Source: an uncultured Dehalococcoidales bacterium (GTDB taxonomy: Bacteria; Chloroflexota; Dehalococcoidia; GIF9; AB-539-J10). Taken from it: a stretch of 64,000 bases of DNA. The stretch's first letter is position 1. Each line of letters begins with the position of its first letter. This document shows positions 38,550-47,932 of the stretch, piece after piece. The notes under the pieces are model-generated. The model was not told where the DNA came from and did not search any database. It worked only from the letters and a program-made list of their open reading frames with translations. The position numbers and the translations under genes are program-made. The stretch lies in NCBI GenBank assembly GCA_964509565.1, contig CAZDXE010000001.1:3670-67669 (forward strand), given 5' to 3'.

Positions 38550-39932
38550 ATGAATTTTGCTGAGCTAAGTTTCAAGGAAGCCCCTAAAATCGTTACACAG
38601 ATACCAGGTCCAAAGACAAAATCCTTGATGGAAAAGGTCATGTCGTTTGACAGCAACTATGTATCATATCCCAGGACACTGCCTATAGCCATAGAAGAAG
38701 GCAAGGGAGCAACAATTAAAGATGTGGATGGCAACATATACATTGACCTTTTTGCAGGCATAGGAGTACTGAATTTTGGCTATTCAAATCCTTACATACT
38801 GAAATATGTCAGACAGCAGGAAGACAAATTAATTCATTGCCTTGATTTCCCTACGCCAACAAGACTTGAGTTTCTTCAAAAGTTAAGCGAGACTGCGCCG
38901 CTAGGCCTGAAAAATAATTGTAAAATTTTCCTTTGCGCCCCAACTGGTTCAGAGGCGGTAACAGCAGCAATCAGATTGGCTAAACTGCAAACAAAACGCA
39001 ACACCATACTATCATTTTGGGGAAGTTATCACGGTGCGAATGGCGAATCTTTCGCTGCAAGTTCGTGGACGGGTGGTTACAAAAGCCAGCACCTCCCAAT
39101 GCTTCCAGACACACATTTTGTCCCCTTCCCTTATTGTTACAGGTGCCCATTCGGGAAAAATTACCCTGGTTGTAATTTAGAGTGTTTCGAATTTCTCAAA
39201 AAGGTGTTGAAAAACGGCTTTTCAGGTGTTTGTAAACCCGCTGCTGTAATTTTAGAATCAGTTCAAGGTGAAGGTGGAATTCATATTCCACCCCGTGAAT
39301 ATGTGCAGGAACTCAGGAGAATTACTGAAGAGGAAGGCATCCTCTTAATATTTGATGAAGTCCAGTGTGGAATGTGTAGAACAGGCAAAATGTGGGCTTG
39401 TGAATACTATGGGGTAACTCCAGATATTATGACTTCAGCAAAATCACTTGGTGGCATAGGGCTTCCCTTAGCGGCAGTTTTCTATAAAAAAGAGCTGGAT
39501 AATTGGCCACCCGGAACCAGCATAGGGACCTTTAGAGGAAATGCGCTGGGAGTAGCTGCCGGGCTAGGAGCTTTAGATTTCATTAGAGAAACAGATTTAT
39601 TGAGCCATGTTGAAACAATCAGCAAGATATTAAACAACGGATTGAACAAACTGAAAGATAAATATGAGGTAATAGGCGAAGTGCGGCAGCAAGGATTAAT
39701 GGCTGCAATTGAATTTGTCAAAGATAGAAAAACCAAGGAGCCATGGAAGGAATTTCTTGATGCTGTGTTGATAGAATGCCTTAGGCGAGGCTTATTCCCA
39801 TGGAAGGCAGGCTACTATTTTAATGTTCTTCGTTTACTGCCTCCACTTGTTATTACTGAAGAATTAATGAATAAATCAATTACAATTCTTGGAGAAGTAA
39901 TTGACGATATAATAAAAAAGGAGGAACTATAG
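38550..39932 (+). CDS. Class-III (omega-amine) PLP-dependent aminotransferase
   Basis: ..[38 protein letters not shown].. with the conserved PLP-lysine region. 460 aa. AAGGAGGAG SD. Confidence 0.88.
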   Translation: [460 protein letters not shown]

Positions 39933-39934
39933 AA

Positions 39935-41284
39935 ATGATCAAAGGAGCAAAAGTAGGAGAGAAAAGACCTGTACCTGGAGAAAAAGGGAAGCAATTACTT
40001 AAATTGAGGAATGAATATGTTCCTCGCGGTGGGTTCCACACAGCACCCATTTTTATTGCCAAGGGCAAAGGTGCCATAACTGAAGATGTTGATGGGAATG
40101 AGTATATCGACTTCTGTGGTGGCATTGCTTGTCTCAATACAGGACATTGCCATGAGAAAGTCGTCGCAGCAGTAAAGGACCAAGTAGATAAATTCATGCA
40201 CGTCTCCTTCAATGTGTTCATGTACGAATCATTTGTTCAACTAGCGAAGGAAATTTGTGAAAGCACACCGGGCAATTTCCCCAAAAAAGCATACTTTTTC
40301 AATAATGGAGCTGAGGCTGTTGAAAACGCAGTTAAAATAGCCAGAAGATATACTGGTAGATACAACATACTTGCATTCGAACACGCATTTCATGGAAGAA
40401 CTCTACTCACCATGGGGTTGACCAGCAAGGTAAAGTACTACAAGTATGGTTTCGGTATAACCGACATAGGAATTATGCGAGTTCCTTATGCTTATTGCTA
40501 CAGGTGCCCACATAAATTAAGCTATCCTACATGTGGAATGCATTGCCTCAACAGAATCGAGGATATGTTCAAAACCTATTCTCCAGCTGACAGCATTGCG
40601 GCAATACTCGTAGAACCAGTTTTAGGCGAGGGAGGATATGTTATTCCACCAAAAGAATTTATCAAAGGGCTAAGAGATCTGTGTAACAAATATGACATCC
40701 TCTTCATAGCCGATGAAATACAAGCTGGCATGGGGCGCACAGGGAAAATGTGGTCAATAGAACATTTCGATGTTGTCCCTGACCTGATGACAATAGGTAA
40801 AAGTCTATCAGGTGGAATGGTCTTAACAGGCACCGTAGGACGGGCAGACGTAATGGATTCAGTTGAAACAGGAGGAATAGGTGGAACATTCTCAGGTCAT
40901 CCGCCTGCGTGTGTGGCTGCGCTAGAAGTGCTGAAAGTGTTTAAGGAAGAGAAGCTCGTGGACAGATCCGCCATGCTGGGTAAACTTACCAAAGGTAGAT
41001 TGGAGGAAATGAAGAATAAATATAGCATAATAGGCAACGTTAATGGTATCGGAAGCATGCTGGGGCTTGAATTAGTCAAAGATCGAAAAACAAAACAACC
41101 TGCAGCAGCCGAAACTAAAGAGATAATGAAAAACTGTCACGAGCACGGCTTAATGATTATGAACTGTGGTACGCTTGGTAATGTTCTTCGTTTCATTTAC
41201 CCATTGGTAATCAAAGAGGAAGAATTGATGAAGGGATTAGATATATTAGAAAATGCCATAAAGGAGACAAGTAAATCCATATAA
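39935..41284 (+). CDS. Class-III PLP-dependent aminotransferase (paralog of upstream gene)
   Basis: ..FIADEIQAGMGRTGKMWSIEHFDVVPDLMTIGKSLSGG.. 449 aa. Starts 2 nt after the upstream paralog's stop. Confidence 0.88.
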   Translation: MIKGAKVGEKRPVPGEKGKQLLKLRNEYVPRGGFHTAPIFIAKGKGAITEDVDGNEYIDFCGGIACLNTGHCHEKVVAAVKDQVDKFMHVSFNVFMYESFVQLAKEICESTPGNFPKKAYFFNNGAEAVENAVKIARRYTGRYNILAFEHAFHGRTLLTMGLTSKVKYYKYGFGITDIGIMRVPYAYCYRCPHKLSYPTCGMHCLNRIEDMFKTYSPADSIAAILVEPVLGEGGYVIPPKEFIKGLRDLCNKYDILFIADEIQAGMGRTGKMWSIEHFDVVPDLMTIGKSLSGGMVLTGTVGRADVMDSVETGGIGGTFSGHPPACVAALEVLKVFKEEKLVDRSAMLGKLTKGRLEEMKNKYSIIGNVNGIGSMLGLELVKDRKTKQPAAAETKEIMKNCHEHGLMIMNCGTLGNVLRFIYPLVIKEEELMKGLDILENAIKETSKSI

Positions 41285-41311
41285 AATAAACCGGGGATTT
41301 AAGGATCAAAT

Positions 41312-41389
41312 TAGCTAAAGGCAATCACGGACTTGAGCTCAGTAAAGAAAACAGGGAGCCATAATTATTTCGAGGATTGCCTTTAGCTA
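41312..41389 (+). promoter_or_regulatory. Structured 5' leader or intergenic element bounded by a 15-bp perfect inverted repeat (TAGCTAAAGGCAATC ... GATTGCCTTTAGCTA), upstream of the AOR gene
   Basis: Arms at 41312-41326 and 41375-41389 enclose a 48-nt interior containing the palindrome TGAGCTCA. It lies 30 nt before the AOR SD (AGGAGG) and is too long-looped to be a simple intrinsic terminator. Confidence 0.35.
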
Positions 41390-41420
41390 TGAAGTTGATT
41401 TCAATAAAAGAGGAGGTAAG

Positions 41421-43151
41421 ATGGACGGATTCTACAACAAAATTTTGCGCATTAATGTTAGCAAGAAATCATTTGAACAGGAACCGGTCAGCGATGAAAT
41501 CTACCAAACATTATTAGGAGGCAAAGGCCTTGCCACACATCTGCTGGTGAACAACACAAAAGCAGGAGTTGACCCTTTATCAGAAGGCAACGTGCTCATT
41601 TTCGCTACAGGGCCTGTTACAGACACGGCAGTTTGGGGCTCTTCCAGATATGGGGTATTCACCAAAGCTCCTTTAACGGGATTATATGCTGAATCTTATT
41701 CCGGGGGTAAAGTTGCTGAGCCGCTGAGTAGAACTGGCTATGACGCGATAATGATCGAAGGAGCTTCTAAAAACCCTGTTTATCTTGAGATTTCTGACGG
41801 AGATGTAAAATTTCATAATGCATCTCATATCTGGGGAAAGGACACCTACGAAACAGAGGATATTATAAAACAAGAAGTTGGCATAAAAAATGCAGGAGTT
41901 GTCGTTATAGGGCCCGCTGGTGAAAATTTGGTGCGATTCGCCTGCATCGAAAATGATTACTGGAGGTCGGCTGGCAGAACAGGAGTTGGAGCAGTAATGG
42001 GCTCTAAGAAAATTAAGGGCATCGCCTTCCATGGTAACAAGAAGAGGAAAGTGGCAAACCCCGACTTACTTAAGAAGCTGAGTACGGAACTAAAAGATAT
42101 AGGCAAAGATAATCCTGGAGCAAAGAACTACAGAAGTTTTGGGACATTACAAATGGTACCTATCATGAACAAAGTTGGGGCATTCCCCACAAAATACTGG
42201 CATGCAGGAACTTATGATAAATGGCAAAACTTAACTCAGGATGCCTTACAGAAGAAAGCTAAAGTACGATCACACGCATGCCCAAGATGTTTTATGGGCT
42301 GTGGAAGGTTGACTGAGGTGCTTGAAGGCAGGCACAAGGGACTAAAACAGGAATTAGATTATGAAACTGTAGGTGCTTTTGGTGGAGTATGCCTGATAGA
42401 TGATATCGTGGAAGTTGTGTATCTAAACGATATATGTGACAGATTGGGCATGGATACCATAACTGCAGGCAACCTGGCAGGTTTTACCATAGAAGCTTCT
42501 CACTTAAAAGATATCGGAGAGAAAATTGAATATGGAGATGTTGACGCTATTGCTGCTTTGTTAAATAAAATGGCAATGAAAGAAGGTATCGGGGCTATTC
42601 TGGCCGAAGGCATAAAACATGCCAGCAAAGAATGGGGCCTCGAGGATTTGGCTATTCATGTCAAAGGAATGGAACCTGCATGCTATGATCCAAGGGTTTT
42701 GTATGGAATGGGTTTAGCATTTGCCACTTCGGACAGAGGCGCATGTCATTTAAGAGCAACTTTCTATAAAGCAGAGCTTTCAGGGGCGATATCCCCAACT
42801 GCAGTCGAGGGTAAAGCAGAGATGCTTATCGATTTCGAAGATAGGCACAATCTTTTCGACGCCCTGATTTTGTGCAGATTTTTCAGAGACCTGTACCCGT
42901 GGGAAAAAATTTCAACAGTCATAAACGCAACTACGGGAATGGAGCTAGATAAGAAGCAACTGCAGAAAGTGGCTTCAGCTATTGCAAATAAGGTTAGGGA
43001 GTTTAACCTGCGCGAGGGAATGAATAAAGAGATAGACGAAACACTGCCAAAGAGATTTTTCGAGGAAAAACTTGAGGATAGTGGCAAGGTATTACCCAAA
43101 GCTAGTTTTGACAGGATGTTATCTGATTATTATAAACTCAAAGGGTGGTAA
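41421..43151 (+). CDS. Aldehyde:ferredoxin oxidoreductase (tungsten/molybdopterin AOR family)
   Basis: MDGFYNKILRINVSKKSFEQEPVSDEIYQTLLGGKGLATHLL.. N-terminal AFOR_N domain and C-terminal AFOR_C with the Cys ligands of the [4Fe-4S] cluster (..CPRCFMGCG..). 576 aa. Confidence 0.9.
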   Translation: MDGFYNKILRINVSKKSFEQEPVSDEIYQTLLGGKGLATHLLVNNTKAGVDPLSEGNVLIFATGPVTDTAVWGSSRYGVFTKAPLTGLYAESYSGGKVAEPLSRTGYDAIMIEGASKNPVYLEISDGDVKFHNASHIWGKDTYETEDIIKQEVGIKNAGVVVIGPAGENLVRFACIENDYWRSAGRTGVGAVMGSKKIKGIAFHGNKKRKVANPDLLKKLSTELKDIGKDNPGAKNYRSFGTLQMVPIMNKVGAFPTKYWHAGTYDKWQNLTQDALQKKAKVRSHACPRCFMGCGRLTEVLEGRHKGLKQELDYETVGAFGGVCLIDDIVEVVYLNDICDRLGMDTITAGNLAGFTIEASHLKDIGEKIEYGDVDAIAALLNKMAMKEGIGAILAEGIKHASKEWGLEDLAIHVKGMEPACYDPRVLYGMGLAFATSDRGACHLRATFYKAELSGAISPTAVEGKAEMLIDFEDRHNLFDALILCRFFRDLYPWEKISTVINATTGMELDKKQLQKVASAIANKVREFNLREGMNKEIDETLPKRFFEEKLEDSGKVLPKASFDRMLSDYYKLKGW

Positions 43152-43356
43152 GTATACCTTCCCCAAGATACTCATAACTCGGAATACTGTGGCCGGAGAA
43201 TATGAATCTCCGACCACATGTTAGATCATGCAACTATAAATTTTTACCAATTCCTGGTAAGGAGCATGCCATTCAGGTCAATTGCGGTAAACCTATATTT
43301 CAAATTTAGGTCTCTTTCTACTACTAGATTTGCTACCATTTTCTCTTTCCACTGAA

Positions 43357-44454
43357 CTAAAGGTGAATTGACCCGTGGGCAGGTGATCCATGGCTATCGA
43401 AGAATCCAGCTAACTCATCCCGTTTAAATTGAGGTAAATCGCATACTCCTGCTATAGTGTGTATCTTCAGTCCTTTTTTCGCTTCCACTATTTTCCCTAT
43501 GACGTTGGCATTAATCCCAATTTTATGTAGCCCTTCCAACAATCTGGAAGTCTCGGAAGAAGGCAGTGTAATAATCAAGGCTCCCGATGCTAATAAACCA
43601 AGAGGGTCAATTTCAAATTTGCCACAGATAGCCTTGCACTCAGCCAAAACAGGTATATTTTCCCCTTCCACCAAAATGCCAACCTGTGCTGCAGTAGCTA
43701 TTTCCAAAAGCCCTGTAGCTAATCCACCCTCGGTAGGGTCATGCATTGAGTGCACAGTCACCATTGAGCACGCAGTTAGTGCCTCCTTGACCACGCTAAT
43801 CCCTGGGGAAAAGAGGTAATTTGCCGCACGCTGGACCAAATTTTTATTTAACCCTGCGGAGAGAAGAGCTTTCTCTGCTTCCTGTGCCAGTACAGCCGTC
43901 CCCTCGATGGCAATTCCCTTTGTAAGCACAACATCGTCGCCCAACATGGCTCCAGATGTAGTTATTATAGACCCTTCCTCAGCTTCCCCCAGCATACACC
44001 CAACCACCACAGGGCGATTGAAATCATAAGTTATCTCAGTATGTCCCCCTACAAGAGTAACCCCCAGAGAATTACAAGCAGAAAGTACCTGGTCGAAAAT
44101 CTTTTCCGCTTCCTGATGGGTTGATTGTTCAGGAAGGAGAATGGTCGCCAGAAACCAGCGTGGCTTCACTCCCATAGTAGCGATGTCATTGGCATTAACA
44201 TGAACCACATACCAACCAATAAAATCAGTAGCAAATGTCACCGGGTCCGTTTTAGCCACCAATAATTTGTGACCGCATTTTATCACCGCCGCGTCTTCGC
44301 CAATACGAGGACCGAGAATGACCTGCTCATCCTCTATCTTAATTTTATCCAGAAAATTTCTAAGTAAGTCTGATGGGAGTTTACCGACATTCAAAGAATC
44401 CATTTTAAAATTTTGATTATAGTTGCATATCTCGAAGGTGGGGTAACAACCCAC
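43357..44454 (-). CDS. AIR-synthase-related (PurM-like superfamily) protein of unknown function
   Basis: PurM-like N and C domains (..GEDAAVIKCGHKLLVAKTDPV.., ..HDPTEGGLATGLLEIA..). Lacks the HypE C-terminal PRIC Cys motif, so it is not assigned to HypE, ThiL or SelD. 3 nt downstream of iorB. Confidence 0.72.
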   Translation of the reverse strand: MGCYPTFEICNYNQNFKMDSLNVGKLPSDLLRNFLDKIKIEDEQVILGPRIGEDAAVIKCGHKLLVAKTDPVTFATDFIGWYVVHVNANDIATMGVKPRWFLATILLPEQSTHQEAEKIFDQVLSACNSLGVTLVGGHTEITYDFNRPVVVGCMLGEAEEGSIITTSGAMLGDDVVLTKGIAIEGTAVLAQEAEKALLSAGLNKNLVQRAANYLFSPGISVVKEALTACSMVTVHSMHDPTEGGLATGLLEIATAAQVGILVEGENIPVLAECKAICGKFEIDPLGLLASGALIITLPSSETSRLLEGLHKIGINANVIGKIVEAKKGLKIHTIAGVCDLPQFKRDELAGFFDSHGSPAHGSIHL

Positions 44455-44457
44455 CTC

Positions 44458-45102
44458 TTATTTTGCCCGATACTTATCTATGCCCTCTTCATTTAACTCG
44501 ACATCGCCAATGCCCATTTCAAGAGCCTTTAAGTTCAATTTCATCTTTCCGTGCGGAAAGATATTCCACATTTCATTCTCAACATCCGCCCTTTCCAGAA
44601 CAAGTTGGCCTGAACCAATGAGAGCTCCTACCATAATAATATTCACAACTATGGGAGCGCCCAGTTTCGATGCTATACTTGTAGCATCTACAAGCCAGAC
44701 TAACTTAGAAAGCTTTACAATTGCTTCCTTAAGTTCATCACAACCAGGGTATTCCTCTTTTTCTGAAAGTGCTCCTATTGTCAAGATAGGATGTGTATTG
44801 GTTACACACACTACTCCTGGGTTTCCATATCGCTGTAGCATCCTTAAAGTCTCCAGAGGTTCAAGTCCGAGAATAAGATGAGCTTTACCTTGTGGAATTA
44901 GCGGCCCATAATGCCCTTTAGTAAATATCCTGAGGGTACTAAAAACGGCGCCGCCCCTCTGGCTAGCCCCAAATGTTTCTCCTATAGTGACATGATAGCC
45001 CTTCTTCATCAACGCATTACCTATTAAGCCTGAGATTAAGATGTTCCCTTGACCCCCAACTCCACAAATAATCAGGTTTAATGGGTCACAAGAAATAGCC
45101 AT
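44458..45102 (-). CDS. iorB: Indolepyruvate (aromatic 2-oxoacid):ferredoxin oxidoreductase beta subunit
   Basis: ..LIICGVGGQGNILISGLIGNALMKKGY.. is a typical IorB N-terminus. 214 aa. 1-nt overlap with iorA. Confidence 0.88.
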   Translation of the reverse strand: MAISCDPLNLIICGVGGQGNILISGLIGNALMKKGYHVTIGETFGASQRGGAVFSTLRIFTKGHYGPLIPQGKAHLILGLEPLETLRMLQRYGNPGVVCVTNTHPILTIGALSEKEEYPGCDELKEAIVKLSKLVWLVDATSIASKLGAPIVVNIIMVGALIGSGQLVLERADVENEMWNIFPHGKMKLNLKALEMGIGDVELNEEGIDKYRAK

Positions 45103-47018
45103 TATTTTATATTCTCCTTAACGATAGCTTTATATGGGCATATATCAACACAGACTCCACACCCAGTACAAACTTCCTCCAGCACTTGTGCCTTATCAAC
45201 CTCCTTATCATGGAATAAAGCAGGACACTGAAACTCCCTGTAGCAAAACCCGCACTTTCCCCCCCCACATTTTTCTGGATCAACCCAAACTCTATACGGG
45301 CGGGCCCGCTCCTCTTTCATTCGAACCAATTCACACTTTCTACGTAAAATCAGGACCTTAGGCCCATTCTCATCTTTCAGCAACTCACAGAGAGTGATTG
45401 TGGTCCCCTTTATATCAAAAGGGTCTCTCACTTGTACTTTGCACCCTATAGCACGACAAAGGCTCTCAATAGACACTACGGGGGCTGGGTCCTGAGTGGC
45501 AGTTCTACCTGTCCCTGGGTGAGGTTGGAAACCAGTCATTCCCGTAGCACCATTATCTAGCACTAACAGCGTCATGCTCGACTTGTTATAAACAGCGTTA
45601 ATTAACGCTGGGATTGATGCGTGAAAAAATGTTGAGTCGCCGCATATCCCAATAGACGGCTGTTCCGACCCTAAAGAGGCAAGCTGGCCAAAACCACAGG
45701 CCGACCCTGCTCCTGAGCCCATGCAATGCACTATATTGCTCTGGTGAGGGCCATAGGGAAATACGTCCAGTGTGTAACAACCAATATCACCAACCACCAC
45801 CACCTTTCTACCATCACGTTTTATGGCCTTCTTTAAAGAGAGAAAGCTAGCCCGATGAGGGCACCCAGGGCACCAGAGCATGCCGCGGTCAATGACCAGC
45901 GGCTTAGCTGTATCCTGAACCATCTGCTCATAACTAGTTTCTCTCGCCCGATATTGCAATTTCAAGATTTCAGCCAGGGCGCATATTATTCCATCCGGTG
46001 TTATCTCACCGACAGGGTTTATATGGCCAGAATCTTTACCATATATTTCCAGGGGCAGTACCGTATCTAAATACAATGTTGCTGTTTCTCTCACGTGAGC
46101 TTCGACAAAAGGATCCACTTCCTCTGCCACGAGTACCCTGGTTGTCAATTTTAAGTATTTAGCAACAAATTTCTTGGGGAACGGCCACAGAGTCACCAGT
46201 TTCAGAATTCCCACTGATTCACTCAAGCCCAGTGTTTCTACAGCCTCAAGAGAGCATGGCCAGCCACTACCACTACAGATTATCAGCAGCTCTGGTTGCT
46301 CTGGTCCTGTATATGAATTGAAAGGGCTGGACTCAAACATCTCTTGAACCTTGAGCATCTTCTCATGCAAAATGGCATGTTTCGGTGTAGTCGGGAAGGG
46401 AATATAGTGTTTAGTGGTATCGAATACAGCTTTCTTCTCTGGCCGGGATATTTTCCCGAGCTTGACATCACCATGTGAATGGGACAGTCGTGTATAGCTC
46501 CTCAAGAAACACCAGCATTTCAACTCCTCAGATAAATCAAATGCCCACCTGGTCAAATCCTTGGCCTCCTGCACATCTGTTGGCTCTAAAAGGGGGGCAC
46601 TGGCTATTTTAGTTATCCAGCGTGTATCAGCTTCATCATCACTGGAATGAGCTTGCGGATCATCACATACAACTACCAGCAATGCTCCTCCCCCATCACC
46701 TATACCTGTCAGGTTAAGGTGCGTCAAGAAATCCATTGCTACACTTGCACCAGCATTCTTCATGGCAGCAAGTCCTCTCAATCCAGAAAAAGCTGCTGAC
46801 GCTGCTACTTCTGTAGCTACCTTCTCATTGACAGACCATTCCACATGAATACCAATATTTTTAGCAACTGTGGCAAGTGTTCCAATAATTTCTGAGGAAG
46901 GCGTCCCTGGATAAGCAGCGCAGAAGTGCACTCCTGCCTCAAGTGCACCCCTGGCTATTGCTTCATTGCCAAGCAGCAGCGCAGAAGTGTCTGCTTCTTG
47001 CCCCATGATGTCTCGCAT
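45102..47018 (-). CDS. iorA: Indolepyruvate:ferredoxin oxidoreductase alpha subunit (TPP, 2x[4Fe-4S])
   Basis: ..LLLGNEAIARGALEAGVHFCAAYPGTPSSEI.. N-terminus, TPP domain, and C-terminal CxxCxxCxxxCP ferredoxin motifs (CTGCGVCVDICPYKAI). 638 aa. Confidence 0.9.
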   Translation of the reverse strand: MRDIMGQEADTSALLLGNEAIARGALEAGVHFCAAYPGTPSSEIIGTLATVAKNIGIHVEWSVNEKVATEVAASAAFSGLRGLAAMKNAGASVAMDFLTHLNLTGIGDGGGALLVVVCDDPQAHSSDDEADTRWITKIASAPLLEPTDVQEAKDLTRWAFDLSEELKCWCFLRSYTRLSHSHGDVKLGKISRPEKKAVFDTTKHYIPFPTTPKHAILHEKMLKVQEMFESSPFNSYTGPEQPELLIICSGSGWPCSLEAVETLGLSESVGILKLVTLWPFPKKFVAKYLKLTTRVLVAEEVDPFVEAHVRETATLYLDTVLPLEIYGKDSGHINPVGEITPDGIICALAEILKLQYRARETSYEQMVQDTAKPLVIDRGMLWCPGCPHRASFLSLKKAIKRDGRKVVVVGDIGCYTLDVFPYGPHQSNIVHCMGSGAGSACGFGQLASLGSEQPSIGICGDSTFFHASIPALINAVYNKSSMTLLVLDNGATGMTGFQPHPGTGRTATQDPAPVVSIESLCRAIGCKVQVRDPFDIKGTTITLCELLKDENGPKVLILRRKCELVRMKEERARPYRVWVDPEKCGGGKCGFCYREFQCPALFHDKEVDKAQVLEEVCTGCGVCVDICPYKAIVKENIK

Positions 47019-47115
47019 TTTATCTCCTTGTTTAACCAGCTATGTTATTCACTTGATGTTATGTCATATTTCCTTAATATTCTATCATTAATGGCAGATT
47101 AAATACCCTCACCAC

Positions 47116-47894
47116 TCATTTCCCTAACACCACCCCCGTTGGGTCTATTTCCTGTCGTAATATTATTAAATTCTCTTCACTGGGCATATAGCTTATTTCA
47201 ACTTTATCTGGTATGACAATTTCGAAACCGCTATTCTGCCTTACCTCATCTATACTCACCCCCGGATGCAGGGAAATCAATTTCAGTCTTTTCGTTTCCT
47301 CATCAAAACCATAGACAGCTAGTTGGGTAATAACTCGGTAGGGCCTGATCCTCTAGCCAACCCTGCCCTTTCCCTACCTCCTGGGCCATCCAGGTAGCCA
47401 GCAGTGGTCAGAAAATCAACCTTATTGACAAAACTCCTTTTACATTGATTAGCAATAATGTAAATAGTTTTGTTTGAGAAAGAACCCACATTATTAGCAC
47501 CACCACTGCCAGGTAGGCGAACTTTGGGCCTGTCATGATCGCCTATGACGGTGGTATTAAGATTGCCATACATATCCATCTGTGCGCCTACCAGAAATCC
47601 ATAATCTGCATATCCTGCCTGTGAAAGCGACATAACATCATGCATACTGGAAGCGCTTATAGCCCTGTAGATAGTTCTAGAATCACCTACAGAGATAGGC
47701 AACTCATTCATCAGAGGCCCCAGCCCACCAGCCTCAAATATTATGAATAAATCAGGCGCATGCGTTTTTTGAGCCAGCATAGAAGCTATCATAGGAAGTC
47801 CTGTGCCCACAAAGACAGATTTCTTGTTCTCCAACATTTTGGAGCCATTGCACGCCAATAATTCTCGTAAATTATACCTGGTTTTTGTTGCCAT
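47116..47894 (-). pseudogene. Glutaconate-CoA-transferase subunit B-like (CoA-transferase beta) gene interrupted by a frameshift
   Basis: The track ORF (47319-47894, 191 aa) ends ..LPGSGGANN..GLARGSGPTELLPN* and lacks the family's C-terminal roughly 70 aa. A hand translation in a different reading frame downstream to the TGA at 47116 gives the expected C-terminus RVITQLAVYGFDEETKRLKLISLHPGVSIDEVRQNSGFEIVIPD..LRQEIDPTGVVLGK. The junction is within ggccctaccgagttattacc (about 47345-47325). Confidence 0.7.
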
Positions 47895-47932
47895 ACCTTT
47901 AACTCCCCCTATTTGACACTAATTCTAAGATT

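Noticed and set aside
41312-41389. Calling the AOR leader element a Moco/Tuco riboswitch outright
   Set aside because: I cannot reproduce the Moco consensus from memory, and the element (78 nt) is shorter than typical Moco aptamers. It is kept only as a structured-element candidate pending a covariance-model search.
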